Assembly: GCA_022865725.1 (NCBI GenBank)
Contig: JALHTP010000159.1
Coordinates: forward strand, 1-61,576
Direction of reading: 5' to 3'
DNA: 61,576 nucleotides
Source of the DNA: Methyloceanibacter sp.
GTDB taxonomy: Bacteria > Pseudomonadota > Alphaproteobacteria > Rhizobiales > Methyloligellaceae
A model generated the notes under the pieces. That model saw only the letters and a list, made by a program, of their open reading frames with translations. It was not told the origin of the DNA and searched no databases. Position numbers and translations under genes: made by a program. Positions 17,997 to 28,218 of the stretch are shown piece after piece (the first letter of the stretch is position 1; each line of letters begins with the position of its first letter).

Positions 17997-19161
17997 TCAG
18001 GGCCTCCTCTAGCACGTCTACCGCCCGATCCCACGTCCGCGACTCCGCCCACTCCCGCGCCCGCCGGACGCGGTCTTCGGTATCTCCGCCGAAGCGGACT
18101 TCGACTAGGGCCTCTGCGGCAAGGCGCGGCGAAGCGTAACGCCTCGTCTGGTTGCCGAAGGGGTCGATGTAGCTATACTCGGCGCGGACTAGCCAGCCGC
18201 GCCCGCCGCCTAGGTTCTCGGCTATGCCGCCGGTATCAGTCCCGACGCAGGGGAGCCCGCAGGCCATCGCTTCCATAAAGGGTAGCCCGAGCCCTTCCGC
18301 CTTGGGTAGTAGCATAAAGGCGTCGCCGGCCCAATAGACGTCGCGGAGCCCTTCCTCTCCTAGCCCGCCGGCGCGGTCGTGCTGCAAGAATATGGCCTCG
18401 TTAGCTACATCGAACCGCTCCGCCAGGTTCCATAGGTTATAGCCCACGTAGTCGGCCCGCCGCTTGGTGTTCAGCAGCAGGCAGGCGTCCGGCCACTCCG
18501 CGACGGGCGCCTGGATATCGAGTGGGTCGGCCGGCGGCCAATTCACGCTCTTGCCGGACACTAGGGCGATTGCCACCAGTAGGGCCGGTAGGTTCTTACG
18601 GTCGTGGTTATCGCCTACGGCGACGACTACCCACCGGTCGCTCACTCCGAGCTTTTCCCTGGTAGCCGCGCGCTCCTCGGGCGTCGGCGGGCGCCAGAAC
18701 TCGCTATCGACGCCGATAGGAATATGGCGCGCCCGTAGGCCGGCCTCGACACATTCCGCCGTTCCCCACTCCGTCTCCACTAGGGCGGCGCCCATCCGGT
18801 CGATGACCTGCGTCCATTCGCTCGGGTGTAGTAGCGGGTCGCTTTCCAGCGGGAAGACGCCGGCGTAGGGGATGCCCAGGTCGGAGATCCGCTGCCAGAT
18901 GACATGATGAGTGATATCGGCCATCCCCACGATCACGTCCGGCCGCCACGTAAGGGCGAGCCGCTGGACGTGGGGGAGCATGGTTTCGGGTTCCGCCGGT
19001 ATCGCTGCCAGCGGTAGGTAGTGCTCCTGGTTCTTGTAGTTAAAGCCCAGGACGGCAACCTCATGGCCGCGCCGGCCGAGCCCGCTCCCCAGGCCTCGGA
19101 TAACCGTTGTGTACCCGCTACCGTGTACGATGCTGAACTCGCCGAGAATTGCTACCCTCAT
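17935..19161 (-). CDS. Glycosyltransferase family 4
   Basis: EGLGLPFMEAMACGLPCV. Confidence 0.9.
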   Translation of the reverse strand: MRVAILGEFSIVHGSGYTTVIRGLGSGLGRRGHEVAVLGFNYKNQEHYLPLAAIPAEPETMLPHVQRLALTWRPDVIVGMADITHHVIWQRISDLGIPYAGVFPLESDPLLHPSEWTQVIDRMGAALVETEWGTAECVEAGLRARHIPIGVDSEFWRPPTPEERAATREKLGVSDRWVVVAVGDNHDRKNLPALLVAIALVSGKSVNWPPADPLDIQAPVAEWPDACLLLNTKRRADYVGYNLWNLAERFDVANEAIFLQHDRAGGLGEEGLRDVYWAGDAFMLLPKAEGLGLPFMEAMACGLPCVGTDTGGIAENLGGGRGWLVRAEYSYIDPFGNQTRRYASPRLAAEALVEVRFGGDTEDRVRRAREWAESRTWDRAVDVLEEALNEIVQEKAKPAPAEPQPAGD

Positions 19162-19349
19162 GGTGGCCCCTCTCTACATAACGCCGGCCGGAAAAGTCGT
19201 CGGAAATTGCCGGCTAAAGCCATAGCCCATTAGCGCCGAAGATGCTACCCTTACACACCGGCGCGGCGCGCCGGTGTGAGGATGGACGGACGGACGGACT
19301 TATCCCCTATATAGCTTACTATTAGAGATCTCCTTCCGTCCTTCCTTCT

Positions 19350-19598
19350 TCATGCGTTTGCCTTTTTCTGCCAGCGCGGCGGCCCCGTCCGCAGTTGCGC
19401 CACTAGTAGCTCCATGTAGGCTTCGCAGAGCTCGCCGTAGCTCGGGGTGACCCCGCGCCGTTCCTCCGCCTTGAAGCGCTCGATGGTCTTCCACTCCCGC
19501 TCAAAAAGCTCCGTCTCCTCGATGTAACGCCGCATCCACTCGTTGTTAGCGGCGACCCTCTCGGCCCGCGTTCCGCCCTTGCTCCTGAATAGGCTCAT
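19350..19598 (-). CDS. Hypothetical protein
   Basis: ORF tiling with ATGA overlap. Confidence 0.5.
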   Translation of the reverse strand: MSLFRSKGGTRAERVAANNEWMRRYIEETELFEREWKTIERFKAEERRGVTPSYGELCEAYMELLVAQLRTGPPRWQKKANA

Positions 19599-19749
19599 GG
19601 CTTCCCCTTTCGTTTCTCGTCCTTTGCCGGCGGTAGCTTCGGGAGAACGCCAACATCCCGCGCCGTCTGCTCAGCCGTTAATAGGCCGCGCTCGACTAAG
19701 TAGCCGGCGCGCGCTACCTGCCTACCGATAAACCCCTTAATGCTCATGG

Positions 19750-20580
19750 TCAACCTCGACGGTCTAGCTCTAGCCGCAGGTCCGCGCGCCGGTCTCCCCA
19801 CTTCTCGATTAACAGGCGCTCATGGTCGGCGGCGTGGTGGAGCCCCACAATCGGATCGTTATTCCGCGCGGCGGCGGCGTCCTTCATGCTCCGGTGCGTG
19901 GCTATCGGCGGGGTGCAGCGTATCCGATAGCCGGCGGCCTTAATCTGTAGCTGTAGGTCGGTCTCCTCATGCCAGAAGGGATTGAAGCGCTCGTCGTACC
20001 CGAAGCGTGGGTAGGGCTCGAACTGCGTCATGGAGAGCGCGTCAGGGTGGACGATCTGGTGGCGCCATGCCCAACAGTAGCCCATGACTAGGTCGCAGAA
20101 CTCCCCAGGCTGCGGCCGGTGGGCGGATAGGAAGTTGGGCGCGACCCACGGGCCGGCCAGCAGACCGGCCCAATCGATAAAGAAACCCTCCTGGCCGGCG
20201 GCGCCGACCGCGGGATTGGAGAATGCAGACAGTAGGGCGCGATCCCATCCAGGCCCTACGATCACGTCGTCGTCGACCTGTAGGACGAAGTCGCCGGTAG
20301 CCCGCCGGAGCGCAACGTTGCGCGCGCAGACCCCCTCGTTAGTCTCTAGGCGGATGGTCTCCGCGCGGCCGCCGCCGGCCTTGACGCGGGCGCACCATTC
20401 GTCTAGGTAGTCGCCTGTCCCGTCCGTGCTGCCGTTGTCCACGATCCAGAACTCCGCCGGCACGGTGGTTCGCTGCTCTAGCGTCGATAGGCAAACGTCC
20501 AGCGCTTGCAGCCGGTTATGGGTCAGCACGACGATGCTCGCCGTCCCTAGCCGAGCATTTCGGTCTTCCGGCGTCGCCAT
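19750..20580 (-). CDS. Glycosyltransferase family 2
   Basis: SIVVLTHNR, IVDNGSTDGT, VDDD. Confidence 0.9.
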   Translation of the reverse strand: MATPEDRNARLGTASIVVLTHNRLQALDVCLSTLEQRTTVPAEFWIVDNGSTDGTGDYLDEWCARVKAGGGRAETIRLETNEGVCARNVALRRATGDFVLQVDDDVIVGPGWDRALLSAFSNPAVGAAGQEGFFIDWAGLLAGPWVAPNFLSAHRPQPGEFCDLVMGYCWAWRHQIVHPDALSMTQFEPYPRFGYDERFNPFWHEETDLQLQIKAAGYRIRCTPPIATHRSMKDAAAARNNDPIVGLHHAADHERLLIEKWGDRRADLRLELDRRG

Positions 20581-21098
20581 ACCTGCTCCTCTCGGAAAGT
20601 CTCAAGGTCTTCCGGCGTCTTGATCGGGCGAAGTAGCACCCACAGGTTACCGGTGGGTTTCCAGGCTAGGTCGATGATGTGGAAATAGCACGGCGCGAGC
20701 CCATAGTCGCTGAACGCCTCGACAAAGTCGGGCTCGTAGTAGCGAAACGACGTCTCGCTGAACCGCCGGACGTGGGTAGGATCGCCGTCCGCCGCCGGCC
20801 CCTGGTAGTAAGGGACAACGATCTCGATGTAGGCGTCCGCCGCGCAAACGCGCCAGAGCTCGCGCATAAAGCCGATGATGTCGCGGATATGCTCGAGGGT
20901 TTGGTGGCAGATCACCTCTTCGGCGCAGCCGTGTTGGATCGGCCAAGGGTAGACGTCGAGGTCGTGAACGAGATCTACGCCTTCAAGGTCGGCGCGGTCG
21001 ACCCCGAAGTAACCCTCGTTCTTGTGCCGGCCACAGCCTAACTCTAGCCGGTCGGGCGCCGGCGCGTCGGGTGAAATGTGGGGGAACTCGTAGGTCAT
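20547..21098 (-). CDS. Class I SAM-dependent methyltransferase
   Basis: LELGCG, LEHI, DPTHVR. Confidence 0.85.
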   Translation of the reverse strand: MTYEFPHISPDAPAPDRLELGCGRHKNEGYFGVDRADLEGVDLVHDLDVYPWPIQHGCAEEVICHQTLEHIRDIIGFMRELWRVCAADAYIEIVVPYYQGPAADGDPTHVRRFSETSFRYYEPDFVEAFSDYGLAPCYFHIIDLAWKPTGNLWVLLRPIKTPEDLETFREEQVWRRRKTEMLG

Positions 21099-21679
21099 GC
21101 TGGCCTTTCCGCCACGGCCATGTAAGCCCTCGGGCCGTAGATGTCGTAGTGGGCGCGGGCGCGCTTTACCGTCAGGCCGGCGCCGACTAGCCAGGACCAG
21201 ACCTCGGCCTCGGATACCGTCCGGTGGAGCGCGTCGGGCAGTATGTCAACGTGTACCCACACCAGCGCCTTCCCGCCTGGGCGTAGGACACGGGCCACCT
21301 GGGCCAGCAGGGCCGGCGGGTCGTCGCAATGGTCGAGGACGTTAAGGACTAGCGCGGTATCGAAGATCGCCGGAGAAATATCCGGCGGCCAGTTCATTAT
21401 AGGTTCTCCGTAGATAAGGTGAGCCTTGAAGTATTCGGGCATGAGCGGGTCGACGCAGTAGGGGTGTTCTGGCGCGGGTTCTCCGATGAAGGCGGCGGAT
21501 ACCGGCCCCGAGCCGAAGTCTACGACGGTGCCTAGGTGGCCGAACTCCTCAAAGAAGAAGGGCAGGTAGCGGTAGCCATAGATCGCAAATAGGCGCGCGA
21601 GAGATTCGGGGCGCGCTAGGAAGGCGGCCCACCACGCTAGCTCCCCTTCCTGCATCTGCCAAAAAGACGGCTCCGTCAT
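21095..21679 (-). CDS. Class I SAM-dependent methyltransferase
   Basis: VDFGSGP, VLDH, RVLRPGG. Confidence 0.85.
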   Translation of the reverse strand: MTEPSFWQMQEGELAWWAAFLARPESLARLFAIYGYRYLPFFFEEFGHLGTVVDFGSGPVSAAFIGEPAPEHPYCVDPLMPEYFKAHLIYGEPIMNWPPDISPAIFDTALVLNVLDHCDDPPALLAQVARVLRPGGKALVWVHVDILPDALHRTVSEAEVWSWLVGAGLTVKRARAHYDIYGPRAYMAVAERPA

Positions 21680-22248
21680 ATCGGGCTCCTGTCTACTACG
21701 CCGCCGATCATGGGTCTCCTTCCATGGGCGAAGACTCCAACCGGATATTGCCAGTCGGCCTCGTTGGCCGGCGAATTCGCCGGCCGGCCGCAGCCCTCAG
21801 TCTCGATCACTACGGCGACCAGGCCGGCGCGGCGTAGTAGGTGCTCGAAGCCTAGCGGCGTAGTCCGCCAGTAGTCGCCGCATTGGCCCTTGTCTAGCTC
21901 GGCGTCATGGAGCGGGAAGGCGAAACACCAGGACGCGACGAAAAGGCCGCCAGGTTTCAGCGCCCGCGCCATGATGTCGACCGCCGCCCATGGCTCCTCG
22001 ATGTGTTCAAGGGTTTCGCAACAAACGACCGTAGAAAAACGCGAATCTAGCTGGCTACCGGCTTGGAGTATGTCCAGCACCTTATCGACGCCTGGGCCGG
22101 CGACAAGATCGATCCCCAGGTAGCCGCGCTGCGGGAATAGCGACCGGACGGTGCCGTTCACGTTACGCGCACCGACCTCGAGGACTGGCGCGTCCGGCGT
22201 CTCCGCCTTAACGACGCCCTCGACCCATCGGTAAACTTCGATCCTCAT
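21676..22248 (-). CDS. Class I SAM-dependent methyltransferase
   Basis: VLEVGA, ETLEH, LKPGG, DYWR. Confidence 0.85.
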   Translation of the reverse strand: MRIEVYRWVEGVVKAETPDAPVLEVGARNVNGTVRSLFPQRGYLGIDLVAGPGVDKVLDILQAGSQLDSRFSTVVCCETLEHIEEPWAAVDIMARALKPGGLFVASWCFAFPLHDAELDKGQCGDYWRTTPLGFEHLLRRAGLVAVVIETEGCGRPANSPANEADWQYPVGVFAHGRRPMIGGVVDRSPI

Positions 22249-22366
22249 GTATCTATCCCTTCCTACGGGGCTCCACGTTGCCCGCAGCGCCTTGTGTTGC
22301 CCTAGGCCGGTATCCGACTACCCCTAGGGCCGTCTATGCCATGCGCCTGCCCGCCTGCCAAGAAGT

Positions 22367-23221
22367 CTAAGGCAGGGATGCGTCGACCGCCGGCCCCGTT
22401 TTCTGCCATGCGCCGATCCCGAAATGCCCATCGGGCGGGATGACGGGTCGGTAGCCCATGCCGGCTAAAACGTCGTCGAGCTTTTCCATCAGGAAGCCGG
22501 TCTCGGGTAGGTGCGTTGGGTAGGGCCGGAAGCTGTGGCGGGTCAGGAATAGGAGCCCGTCCGGCGCCAGCGCGGCGTCGAAACGCCGTAGTAAGTCGAC
22601 CGGATCGGGGATGTGCTCCACAACGTCCAAGGCGATCAGGGCGCCCCACGGAATCGACCCCTTCTCATGCAGCGGCCGCAGGGCAAAGTCGGGGCTCCGT
22701 AGGACGTGAACCGAAACGGCCGTCCACATTCGCCGGTTCGGCCCTGCTAGTAACCCCTCGCGCTCGAAGCGCCAGCGGGCGAAGGCGGCCGTCTCCCCTA
22801 GGTCGGTGTAGCCGACCTTCCATCCTTTACGGGCCAGGAATAGGGACTGCTGGCCGATACCGCCGCCGTAGTCCAGGATCGGGCCGTGGCCGGCGCGGGC
22901 CACCATACCGTTGTGGACGATGTTTCCTCTGTGATCGGCGGCGCTCATTTCATCGGGCGGGCCGATCCCCCGCATTAGCTCGAAGACTAGGCCGAAGCCA
23001 TGATCGTAGAACTGCCGGATGCGCTCCTGGTCTAGGATGTCGGCAGCGCTCATGTCCTGCCAGTCAAGCTCCGGCCCGTCCTGTAGCACCATGTCCTGCC
23101 ACTCAAGCTCTAGTAGGACGGCGGCGTCAACGCCTAGGGCGATATACTCCTCGAATTCATCGCGCGGTAGACCAGGCCAGTAGGCCTCGGCCACTTCGTA
23201 GAGATAATCGTTGGGGTTCAT
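22367..23221 (-). CDS. Class I SAM-dependent methyltransferase
   Basis: ILDYGGGIG, DVVEHIPDP, LAPDG. Confidence 0.85.
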   Translation of the reverse strand: MNPNDYLYEVAEAYWPGLPRDEFEEYIALGVDAAVLLELEWQDMVLQDGPELDWQDMSAADILDQERIRQFYDHGFGLVFELMRGIGPPDEMSAADHRGNIVHNGMVARAGHGPILDYGGGIGQQSLFLARKGWKVGYTDLGETAAFARWRFEREGLLAGPNRRMWTAVSVHVLRSPDFALRPLHEKGSIPWGALIALDVVEHIPDPVDLLRRFDAALAPDGLLFLTRHSFRPYPTHLPETGFLMEKLDDVLAGMGYRPVIPPDGHFGIGAWQKTGPAVDASLP

Positions 23222-23730
23222 TATGGCCCTATCCCTTCCATGATGGGCTGTAGGTCGGCCGGCACGTCCGGTCGGAACCAGCCCGATACCGGCGCCGATT
23301 GGAGCATCCGTAGCCGCGCCAAGCGGCGGTTGTAATCGGCCACCTTGTCGCGGTAGTCCGTCACCATCTGCGTATACGCCTTGGATTGTTCAAGGTAGCC
23401 GGCGTCAACGATCCCTGGTGTCGAGCCCTTAAGGACAACGTCGCGCGCCCGCTCGATGGTCTGCGTATAGGCCGGCCGTGACTGTTGGAAGGCCCGCAGG
23501 TCTTGAACCTCTAGGCGGGCGGCGAAGTAGTTATAGGGCCACACGATTATTAGCGCCAGGAATAAGCCGGTGCCGGCAAGGATCGCTACCCAGGCAGGAA
23601 TGAGCCATATCGCCCGTGGGTTCGGGGAGTTGTAGGAGCCGATACCGAAGCCAGCCGCCCATAGGCCGACCAGTCCGGCTAGGCAAAGGGCTAACGCGCC
23701 CAGGACCAAAAGTAGTGGTATCATTCCCAA
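23221..23730 (-). CDS. Membrane protein (two TM helices plus coiled C-terminus)
   Basis: Hydrophobic N-terminal half. Confidence 0.6.
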   Translation of the reverse strand: MGMIPLLLVLGALALCLAGLVGLWAAGFGIGSYNSPNPRAIWLIPAWVAILAGTGLFLALIIVWPYNYFAARLEVQDLRAFQQSRPAYTQTIERARDVVLKGSTPGIVDAGYLEQSKAYTQMVTDYRDKVADYNRRLARLRMLQSAPVSGWFRPDVPADLQPIMEGIGP

Positions 23731-24707
23731 CGCTCTCCTTTCGCTGCTCTCTCTAGTAGCACCTCTACCCTATCGCCGGCCCTCTCCGGCGAGAACGTAG
23801 CCTCGATGTGGCGCCGGCAAGCGGCGGGGTCGATGTCGAGCCAGCGCCGGTGCTGTAGGCCGTCGACAAAGTCGTCGTCCGTCCGCCACAGGAAGCCGGT
23901 CTCGCCATGGACGATGTATTCGGGGTTGGCGCCGTGATCGTAGGCGAATACGGGCGTTCCCGACGCCATGGCCTCGAGCATGACGGTGCCGGACGGCTCG
24001 CGGGCCTCGGACGTGAACATCAGACAGCAGGCGCTAGCAAGTAGGCGCGCCTTCTCTTGGCCGGCGATCTCCCCGATGTACTGGATGCCCCCCTGGACTA
24101 GCGGCTCCACCGCCATGTGGAAATAGCCAGGATCGGCGGCCGGCCCCGCGATGGTCAAGGGGACGCGGGCGGCGTTGCAGAGGGTGATCGCTAGGTGGAC
24201 TCGCTTATAGGGTAGTATCCGGCCCAGGAATAGCGCCGGCCCACGCTCTCCCATCGGCCGGCCCACCGTGTAGGTCTCCGGCTTCACGTTGATCAGGGCG
24301 ACCTCGGGCTCAGCGATGCCATGCCAGCGGCCATGATGGGCGGAGCAGAAGACGGGGTTACGGGCGAACTCCGATAGCTTGGCCTCGCCGTGGCTTTGGG
24401 TAACGGCCGGCAGAGTCCGCCAACGGCCTTGCGCTAGCTGGAAAAGGCTGTGGTCAAAGAGTACGTCGGGGCGCGGGATCGCTTCCATCTTGTCCACTAT
24501 GGCGGTCTCGGTCGAGTAGGGCCGGCGGTAGGCCGGCACGGTAACGACCGTGATCCCAGGGACGGCAGAGCCCTTAAGCCCGAATAGCGTTACATCGTGG
24601 CCCCGATGGGCGAGCGTGGCGGCTAGCTCCGCGACAACCGTCTCTAGGCCGCCGGTAGAGGGCGGCGGCGTTGGTAGGAAAGCCGACGACTGTATCCAGA
24701 TCCTCAT
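23721..24707 (-). CDS. Glycosyltransferase family 4
   Basis: GGLETVV, LFLGRILPYK, EPSGTVMLEAMASGTPV; start MRIWIQ at an ATGA overlap. Confidence 0.9.
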   Translation of the reverse strand: MRIWIQSSAFLPTPPPSTGGLETVVAELAATLAHRGHDVTLFGLKGSAVPGITVVTVPAYRRPYSTETAIVDKMEAIPRPDVLFDHSLFQLAQGRWRTLPAVTQSHGEAKLSEFARNPVFCSAHHGRWHGIAEPEVALINVKPETYTVGRPMGERGPALFLGRILPYKRVHLAITLCNAARVPLTIAGPAADPGYFHMAVEPLVQGGIQYIGEIAGQEKARLLASACCLMFTSEAREPSGTVMLEAMASGTPVFAYDHGANPEYIVHGETGFLWRTDDDFVDGLQHRRWLDIDPAACRRHIEATFSPERAGDRVEVLLERAAKGERWE

Positions 24708-24970
24708 GGCGCCTTCTTTACGAGGCGTCCGTCGCATTCGTAGTAGACCTCGCCGTCCGGCGTTTCCCAATAGCCGCGCCGCCATGTAAACGGGTTCCAC
24801 CACTTGCCGAAGTCTACCCAACGAAGGGTGAGCGGTTTCCAATCGCTTCTTGGCGCCCCGCATTTCGGGCAGATGACCACGGCGAGGAAAAAGTCGTTAC
24901 CTTGCCAGGGCGTACCGAGTAGATAGCCGCATGGGCAGAGGGTACGAATCCGAAAGTTAGTCTTTTTCAT
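24704..24970 (-). CDS. Small zinc-ribbon protein
   Basis: CPCG..CPKCG. Confidence 0.55.
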   Translation of the reverse strand: MKKTNFRIRTLCPCGYLLGTPWQGNDFFLAVVICPKCGAPRSDWKPLTLRWVDFGKWWNPFTWRRGYWETPDGEVYYECDGRLVKKAP

Positions 24971-25043
24971 AGCGAAATGTCGCGTCCTTTGGCACGTCTA
25001 AAACGTATCTAGGTTTTCGGCGGAATGTCCAGCCTTTTGTCCA

Positions 25044-25466
25044 CTACCAGACCTCTAGCTTGATCTTGATGTAGCCGGCTAGGGCCTTGCCGGCGCTCGG
25101 GACGCGCTCGGGCGCTAGCACTTCCAGCCGGCGGTCGTCGCGTAAGAGTCCTAGCTGGTAGCGCTGGCCCGTCCTCGGCGTCGCCACTTTCAGCACGTCG
25201 ATGATCGGCTTAAGGCCGGCCACGCAGTTGTCGGCGTCGCCCACGGCGCCGCGAAAGTAGTGCGTACTCGCTAGCCGCCCGTTCTCCCAGGGCGCGCAAT
25301 GGAGCGCCGGCCAGCCGCCGATCTGAAAGAAAATCTCCTCGCCGACGTCCTTCGCGTAGGCGCGGCCCCGCCGGTGCTTCACCTGCCACGGCGCGCGGCT
25401 ATTAGCGCCCAGGACCTCGGGCGGGCGGGCGATGATAAACGTGAAGGTCAGTCGCTTATCACTCAT
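25044..25466 (-). CDS. RusA-like Holliday junction resolvase
   Basis: DADNCVAGLKPIIDVL..RDDR. Confidence 0.65.
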   Translation of the reverse strand: MSDKRLTFTFIIARPPEVLGANSRAPWQVKHRRGRAYAKDVGEEIFFQIGGWPALHCAPWENGRLASTHYFRGAVGDADNCVAGLKPIIDVLKVATPRTGQRYQLGLLRDDRRLEVLAPERVPSAGKALAGYIKIKLEVW

Positions 25467-26485
25467 GTTTCACGTGCAACACCAATGATCTGCCGTAGAG
25501 CGGTATCCCAGGCGTCGGCGAAGGCTGTCATGTTGGCGTTCTGCTCCGCCCATCCGCGCGGGCGGTGGCCCCAATAGCCGCTCTGTAACCGCGCGCAGGT
25601 CTGCCGGATCGCGCTGGCGTACTGCTCCGGCGTCGCCGTTATCGGTAGAGTGAACCCCACGGCCGTCTGCCCGTCAGGCGTGTAGGGGATGTCTTCGAAG
25701 ATGCCCGACCGTGTCGTTACGACCGGCAAGTTGGTGGCTAGGGCCTCTAGCGTGGCGTAGGCGTTCCCCTCATGACGGGTCGGATGTAGGAATAGGTGGC
25801 CGCGTCGGAAGGCGACGGGCTCTTGCCCTAGGCCGGCGTTCAGATATTGGAGATCGTAGTCGGGGCCGAGAAGGTGTCCGATCTGCGGGATTAGGCGGAG
25901 GCCCTTCTTCTCGTTCGACGCCGCATGGAGAACGACCCATGGTGGCGGGTCGGGGGGGTATCCCCCAGGCGCCGCCGGATGGTAGGCGGCTAGGTCGATA
26001 CCGTGCAGGATCGTAGTCGTAACGACCCTGCCATGGTGCCGGCGGACCTCGCGGGCGGCGGCGGCGCTACAGGCGATGGGGAAGGCGTTGGGAGCGTTGA
26101 AGGCTTCCCCCTGGCGCTGGACTTCTAGGGTCGGGCGGAGCCCCATGCGCGTGTGGAACTCGGCCCAGGTGCCGTGAACGACCGGCACTACCGGATGACT
26201 GGTGATCCCCAGGCCCCAATAGCCATCGCTCACGGCTACGTCGTAGGCCATGCCGAACGTGGGCCCGTCGAGCCAGCGGCCTAGGATTAGGGCCTTGTCG
26301 GGGTTACTGATCTGCGCGAACTTAGCGGCCTGGGGGAAGTCATTCCATGAGATGACGGCGACGGCCCAACCGCGCTCTTGGAGTGCGATGCGGAGATAGG
26401 CGGCGAACTTCTCGACCCCGCCTAGCTCTCCGTCGTCTCGTTTTAGCCAGCTAACATGAATCGCCGTTGGTGAGCGGCCTGGCAT
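25463..26485 (-). CDS. Glycosyltransferase family 4
   Basis: GGVEKF, EKKG, EGNAYATLEALATNLPVV. Confidence 0.85.
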   Translation of the reverse strand: MPGRSPTAIHVSWLKRDDGELGGVEKFAAYLRIALQERGWAVAVISWNDFPQAAKFAQISNPDKALILGRWLDGPTFGMAYDVAVSDGYWGLGITSHPVVPVVHGTWAEFHTRMGLRPTLEVQRQGEAFNAPNAFPIACSAAAAREVRRHHGRVVTTTILHGIDLAAYHPAAPGGYPPDPPPWVVLHAASNEKKGLRLIPQIGHLLGPDYDLQYLNAGLGQEPVAFRRGHLFLHPTRHEGNAYATLEALATNLPVVTTRSGIFEDIPYTPDGQTAVGFTLPITATPEQYASAIRQTCARLQSGYWGHRPRGWAEQNANMTAFADAWDTALRQIIGVARET

Positions 26486-27463
26486 CGCTTCCCCCTGCCG
26501 TCGCTGCTAGGTGTGCTTCTAGTATAGGCCAGATGTCGCTACCGGCTAGATCGCGGAGCGACTTCCCGCGCGGGCAACCGGCGGTCTCGCCAGGTGGGCC
26601 GGAGTAGTGGCCGGCGGCCTGGGCGTGGCCGTTCCGCCACATGCACGGCTCGCACCATTGCGGGTTACGGGCCTCGGTGCAAAGCTCGGGCGGCGCCCAT
26701 ACCTGGACGCCGATCTTGGTAGCGCACGTCATAACGACCGCCGGCTGCCGTAGGGCGAAGCGGAGGTTGGTCAAGCCGCCTTCGGTTCCTAGCATGGCGT
26801 GGCATTGCGCCAGGATCGGCGCCGTCTGCCGGAGGTTGACCTGGCCGCTGAGATTCAGGCACCGGCTCCACGGTAGGCCGCTTAGCGGTGTACCGGAGAA
26901 GATAACCGGCGTCCAGCCCGCGAGGCGTAGGCGGTCGATGATGTCTGACCAGCCGGCGTCCGACCATGCCTTACCGGCCCATCCTACACGCGGCGTCAGG
27001 GCGCAAAGGCGCTCGCCTTGATGGAGCGATAGGCGCTCGTCGGCGGCCACCGTTTCCTCGGCCTTGATGTAGTAGTCGGCGTCGAAACGTGCCGGCACCG
27101 GTAGCCCTAGGTTCTCGAAGAAGTGCGCCTGTAGCGGGTAGTCGAGCGACGGGCCGGCCGGCCAAGCGTAGCGAAAGAGGACCTGGACGTCGGTAGGTGG
27201 CGGCCGGTCTGCCATGTCGATGATCTGGTCGATGTGGGGATTGTGGCGGAGCATTTCGTCGGGCGCGCCGCCGGCGCCTGGGGTCTTACCTGGGCCGTCA
27301 TATTCTAGCCGGCGCCGGCCCTGGACGTTGGTCTGATAGACGATGTGGGCGTGGGGCTCTCGCTTCTTAAGGGCGCGAAGGGCCGGCGTCGTGCAGAGAA
27401 CATCCCCTAGTCCCCAGGCTAGGGTCAGTAGGTATCGCTTAGGCTTCGTCTTGTTGCTCTCAT
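26451..27463 (-). CDS. Glycosyltransferase family 9 (heptosyltransferase-like); the coupled ATG at 27463 is out of frame
   Basis: In-frame N-terminal GLGDVLCTTPALRALKK upstream of the track start, then NPHIDQII, KAW, NLSGQVNLRQTA. Confidence 0.75.
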
Positions 27464-27687
27464 ACCCTCTCGAATAGGGGTTGTTTAGTGCGGCTATGGC
27501 AGCACTCCCCCTTATAGGCCAGCAGCGCGTCGGCGTCTTGGGCGGCGACGACGATCTCGCGCGATTGGCCGAAGGCTATGTGGTAGACCTCGCCGGACGG
27601 AAGCCGGCTCGCCTTACCGACCGTCATTAGCCCAGGGAATCGGTAACGTAGGAGAACGGTCGGCGGGGCCTCGGCTTCGTTCACCAT
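27460..27687 (-). CDS. Small hypothetical protein, probable paralog of 1598-1780
   Basis: Shared sequence pattern. Confidence 0.6.
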   Translation of the reverse strand: MVNEAEAPPTVLLRYRFPGLMTVGKASRLPSGEVYHIAFGQSREIVVAAQDADALLAYKGECCHSRTKQPLFERV

Positions 27688-27696
27688 ACGACCGGC

Positions 27697-28218
27697 CTAG
27701 CGGCGACTCTTAGCGCCGCCGAGGGGCTCGAAGCCGTCCCGATCCGCGGTGGCCGTGCGGTGAGCCTCCTTCTTGGCGCCCATGGGCTCCGGCGATGTCT
27801 CCCCCTGCGGCGGAACGCCGGCCGGCACGTTCTCGGTGTCGTCGGCGGCGGCCGGCGGCTCGGCCGTTATCGGGATGGCGGCCTCGCTAGCCGCTCGGTC
27901 TGAGGCGTCGGCTAGGGCGGCGCGATCCGTCTGCACTAGCGGGTCGCGCTTCCCGATGATTGCATAGGGTTGATAGGCGGTAGACGTGGGAAGGCGGCTA
28001 GTGGGCGACCGCGCCAAGACCTCCTCGCAGAACTCCACCATGATCAACTCCCATCCCTCAGACAGGCGCTCATTGATCTGGCGGATGCCGCGAGCATCCC
28101 AAATCGTGCGGTAGACGGCGAGTGGGTTCGGGTTCATGATTGCGAAGCCTATGGACTCTCGTGGTAGCGGTGCCTGCTTAGCGGTTGGGTCGACGTCGGG
28201 CGCTCCGTCTTCTGCCAT
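27697..28218 (-). CDS. Hypothetical protein
   Basis: GGAGGGAG RBS, first gene after promoter 28397-28426. Confidence 0.65.
   Translation of the reverse strand: MAEDGAPDVDPTAKQAPLPRESIGFAIMNPNPLAVYRTIWDARGIRQINERLSEGWELIMVEFCEEVLARSPTSRLPTSTAYQPYAIIGKRDPLVQTDRAALADASDRAASEAAIPITAEPPAAADDTENVPAGVPPQGETSPEPMGAKKEAHRTATADRDGFEPLGGAKSRR

Noticed and set aside
23051-23110. Short direct repeat encoding ELEWQDM/ELDWQDM
   Set aside because: Small in-frame duplication in a methyltransferase with no wider pattern
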